Positions 36,390-36,978 of a stretch of DNA of 36,978 bases are shown here, in pieces (position 1 is the first letter of the stretch; every line of letters begins with the position of its first letter). Both the position numbers and the translations under genes were made by a program. Source of the stretch: Octopus bimaculoides (Eukaryota); assembly GCF_001194135.2 (NCBI RefSeq), contig NC_068988.1, positions 33,214,849-33,251,826 on the forward strand, given 5' to 3'. The notes under the pieces were generated by a model. The model saw only the letters and a list, made by a program, of their open reading frames with translations, was not told the origin of the DNA and ran no database searches.

Positions 36390-36920
36390 TGTCTATTAAA
36401 AGCAAGACATAGGGTAACAAAAACACCAAATGATCTTTAAAATCAGAAAAAAGAATAGAAATCATCTGACTGGCAGGGGAAGGCATTGCTTGGTTGATTC
36501 CCAAATATATTTTCAGTAAACAGTAAGAGTGAGGCATGGTTAGGGCTGCAGATGGGAAAGCTGAAGGAGACAGAAAATTTGTTAATAGCTATACAAGATC
36601 AAGTGTTAAGGCGTAATTAGATAGAAGCCAAAATACACAAAAACCAAGTAGATTCCCAATGTAGATTATGCAAATCAAAAGAGGAAAGCGTTACTCATAG
36701 AGGAAGTGAATTAGCATGGTGGCTCAAACAGAATATAAGAAACAACATGATAATCTAGGGAAAGCAATCCACTGGGAGCGTTGTAGAAAGCTAGAATTTG
36801 AAGATATTGGCAGATAGCACAAATATGAATCTTGTAATGTACTAGGAAGTAAGAAGTACAAGATGATGTAGGATTTTAACATTCAGACAGAGTAATAGAA
36901 GCTAGAAGCTAGAAGAATGA

Positions 36921-36921
36921 T

Positions 36922-36959
<38 letters not shown>

Positions 36960-36978
36960 AAAAAAAAAAAAAAAAAAA
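36921..36978. repeat. (AAC)n microsatellite followed by an A-run at the window end
   Basis: Directly visible. Confidence 0.9.

Larger units (their letters stand above)
35150..36915 (+). mobile_element. R4/Dong-type non-LTR retrotransposon, decayed, RT through the start of the RLE domain
   Basis: LLPEEQKGRR, IAWIDYRKAY, GIFQGDSLSPLLF, HLLHKDDL (YMDD position), GMEFFIDKC, YKYLGVLE, GGLHP..ARLYLP, LLIAIQDQ, QCRLCK, AIHWE and DFNIQT..VIEAR. Confidence 0.92.

Noticed and set aside
36958-36978. Terminal A-run as the poly(A) tail of the R4/Dong element
   Set aside because: The element is truncated within the RLE domain before its 3' UTR, and the run grades out of an (AAC)n microsatellite at the window edge.

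Overview
Strongly AT-rich eukaryotic scaffold DNA with seven N-gaps and many microsatellites. It is most likely from an octopus or related cephalopod; this is an inference from SINE families I recall, not a database result. Nearly all the long ORFs in the track are microsatellite artefacts. The recognisable content is decayed mobile DNA: three Penelope-like element (PLE) fragments (14-1762 +, ~18540-19490 +, ~26840-28085 -), several R4/Dong-type RLE non-LTR fragments (23450-24663 -, 24668-25590 +, 30010-30700 -, 35150-36915 +, possibly 15150-15700 -), one CR1-like 3' fragment, and about nine tRNA-derived SINE copies or fragments. The best structural find is a well-formed minimal type-I hammerhead ribozyme at 186-236. 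It has a variant core (CCGAUGA) and sits inside a 48-bp inverted repeat at the head of the first PLE. Hammerheads in PLEs are an established phenomenon, so this is not a new system. No complete host gene is visible. One 92-nt minus-strand segment (22136-22227) looks like a real coding exon of an unidentified gene, and a few weaker exon candidates exist. I did not find convincing evidence of a previously undescribed biological system. The leads below are ranked accordingly.
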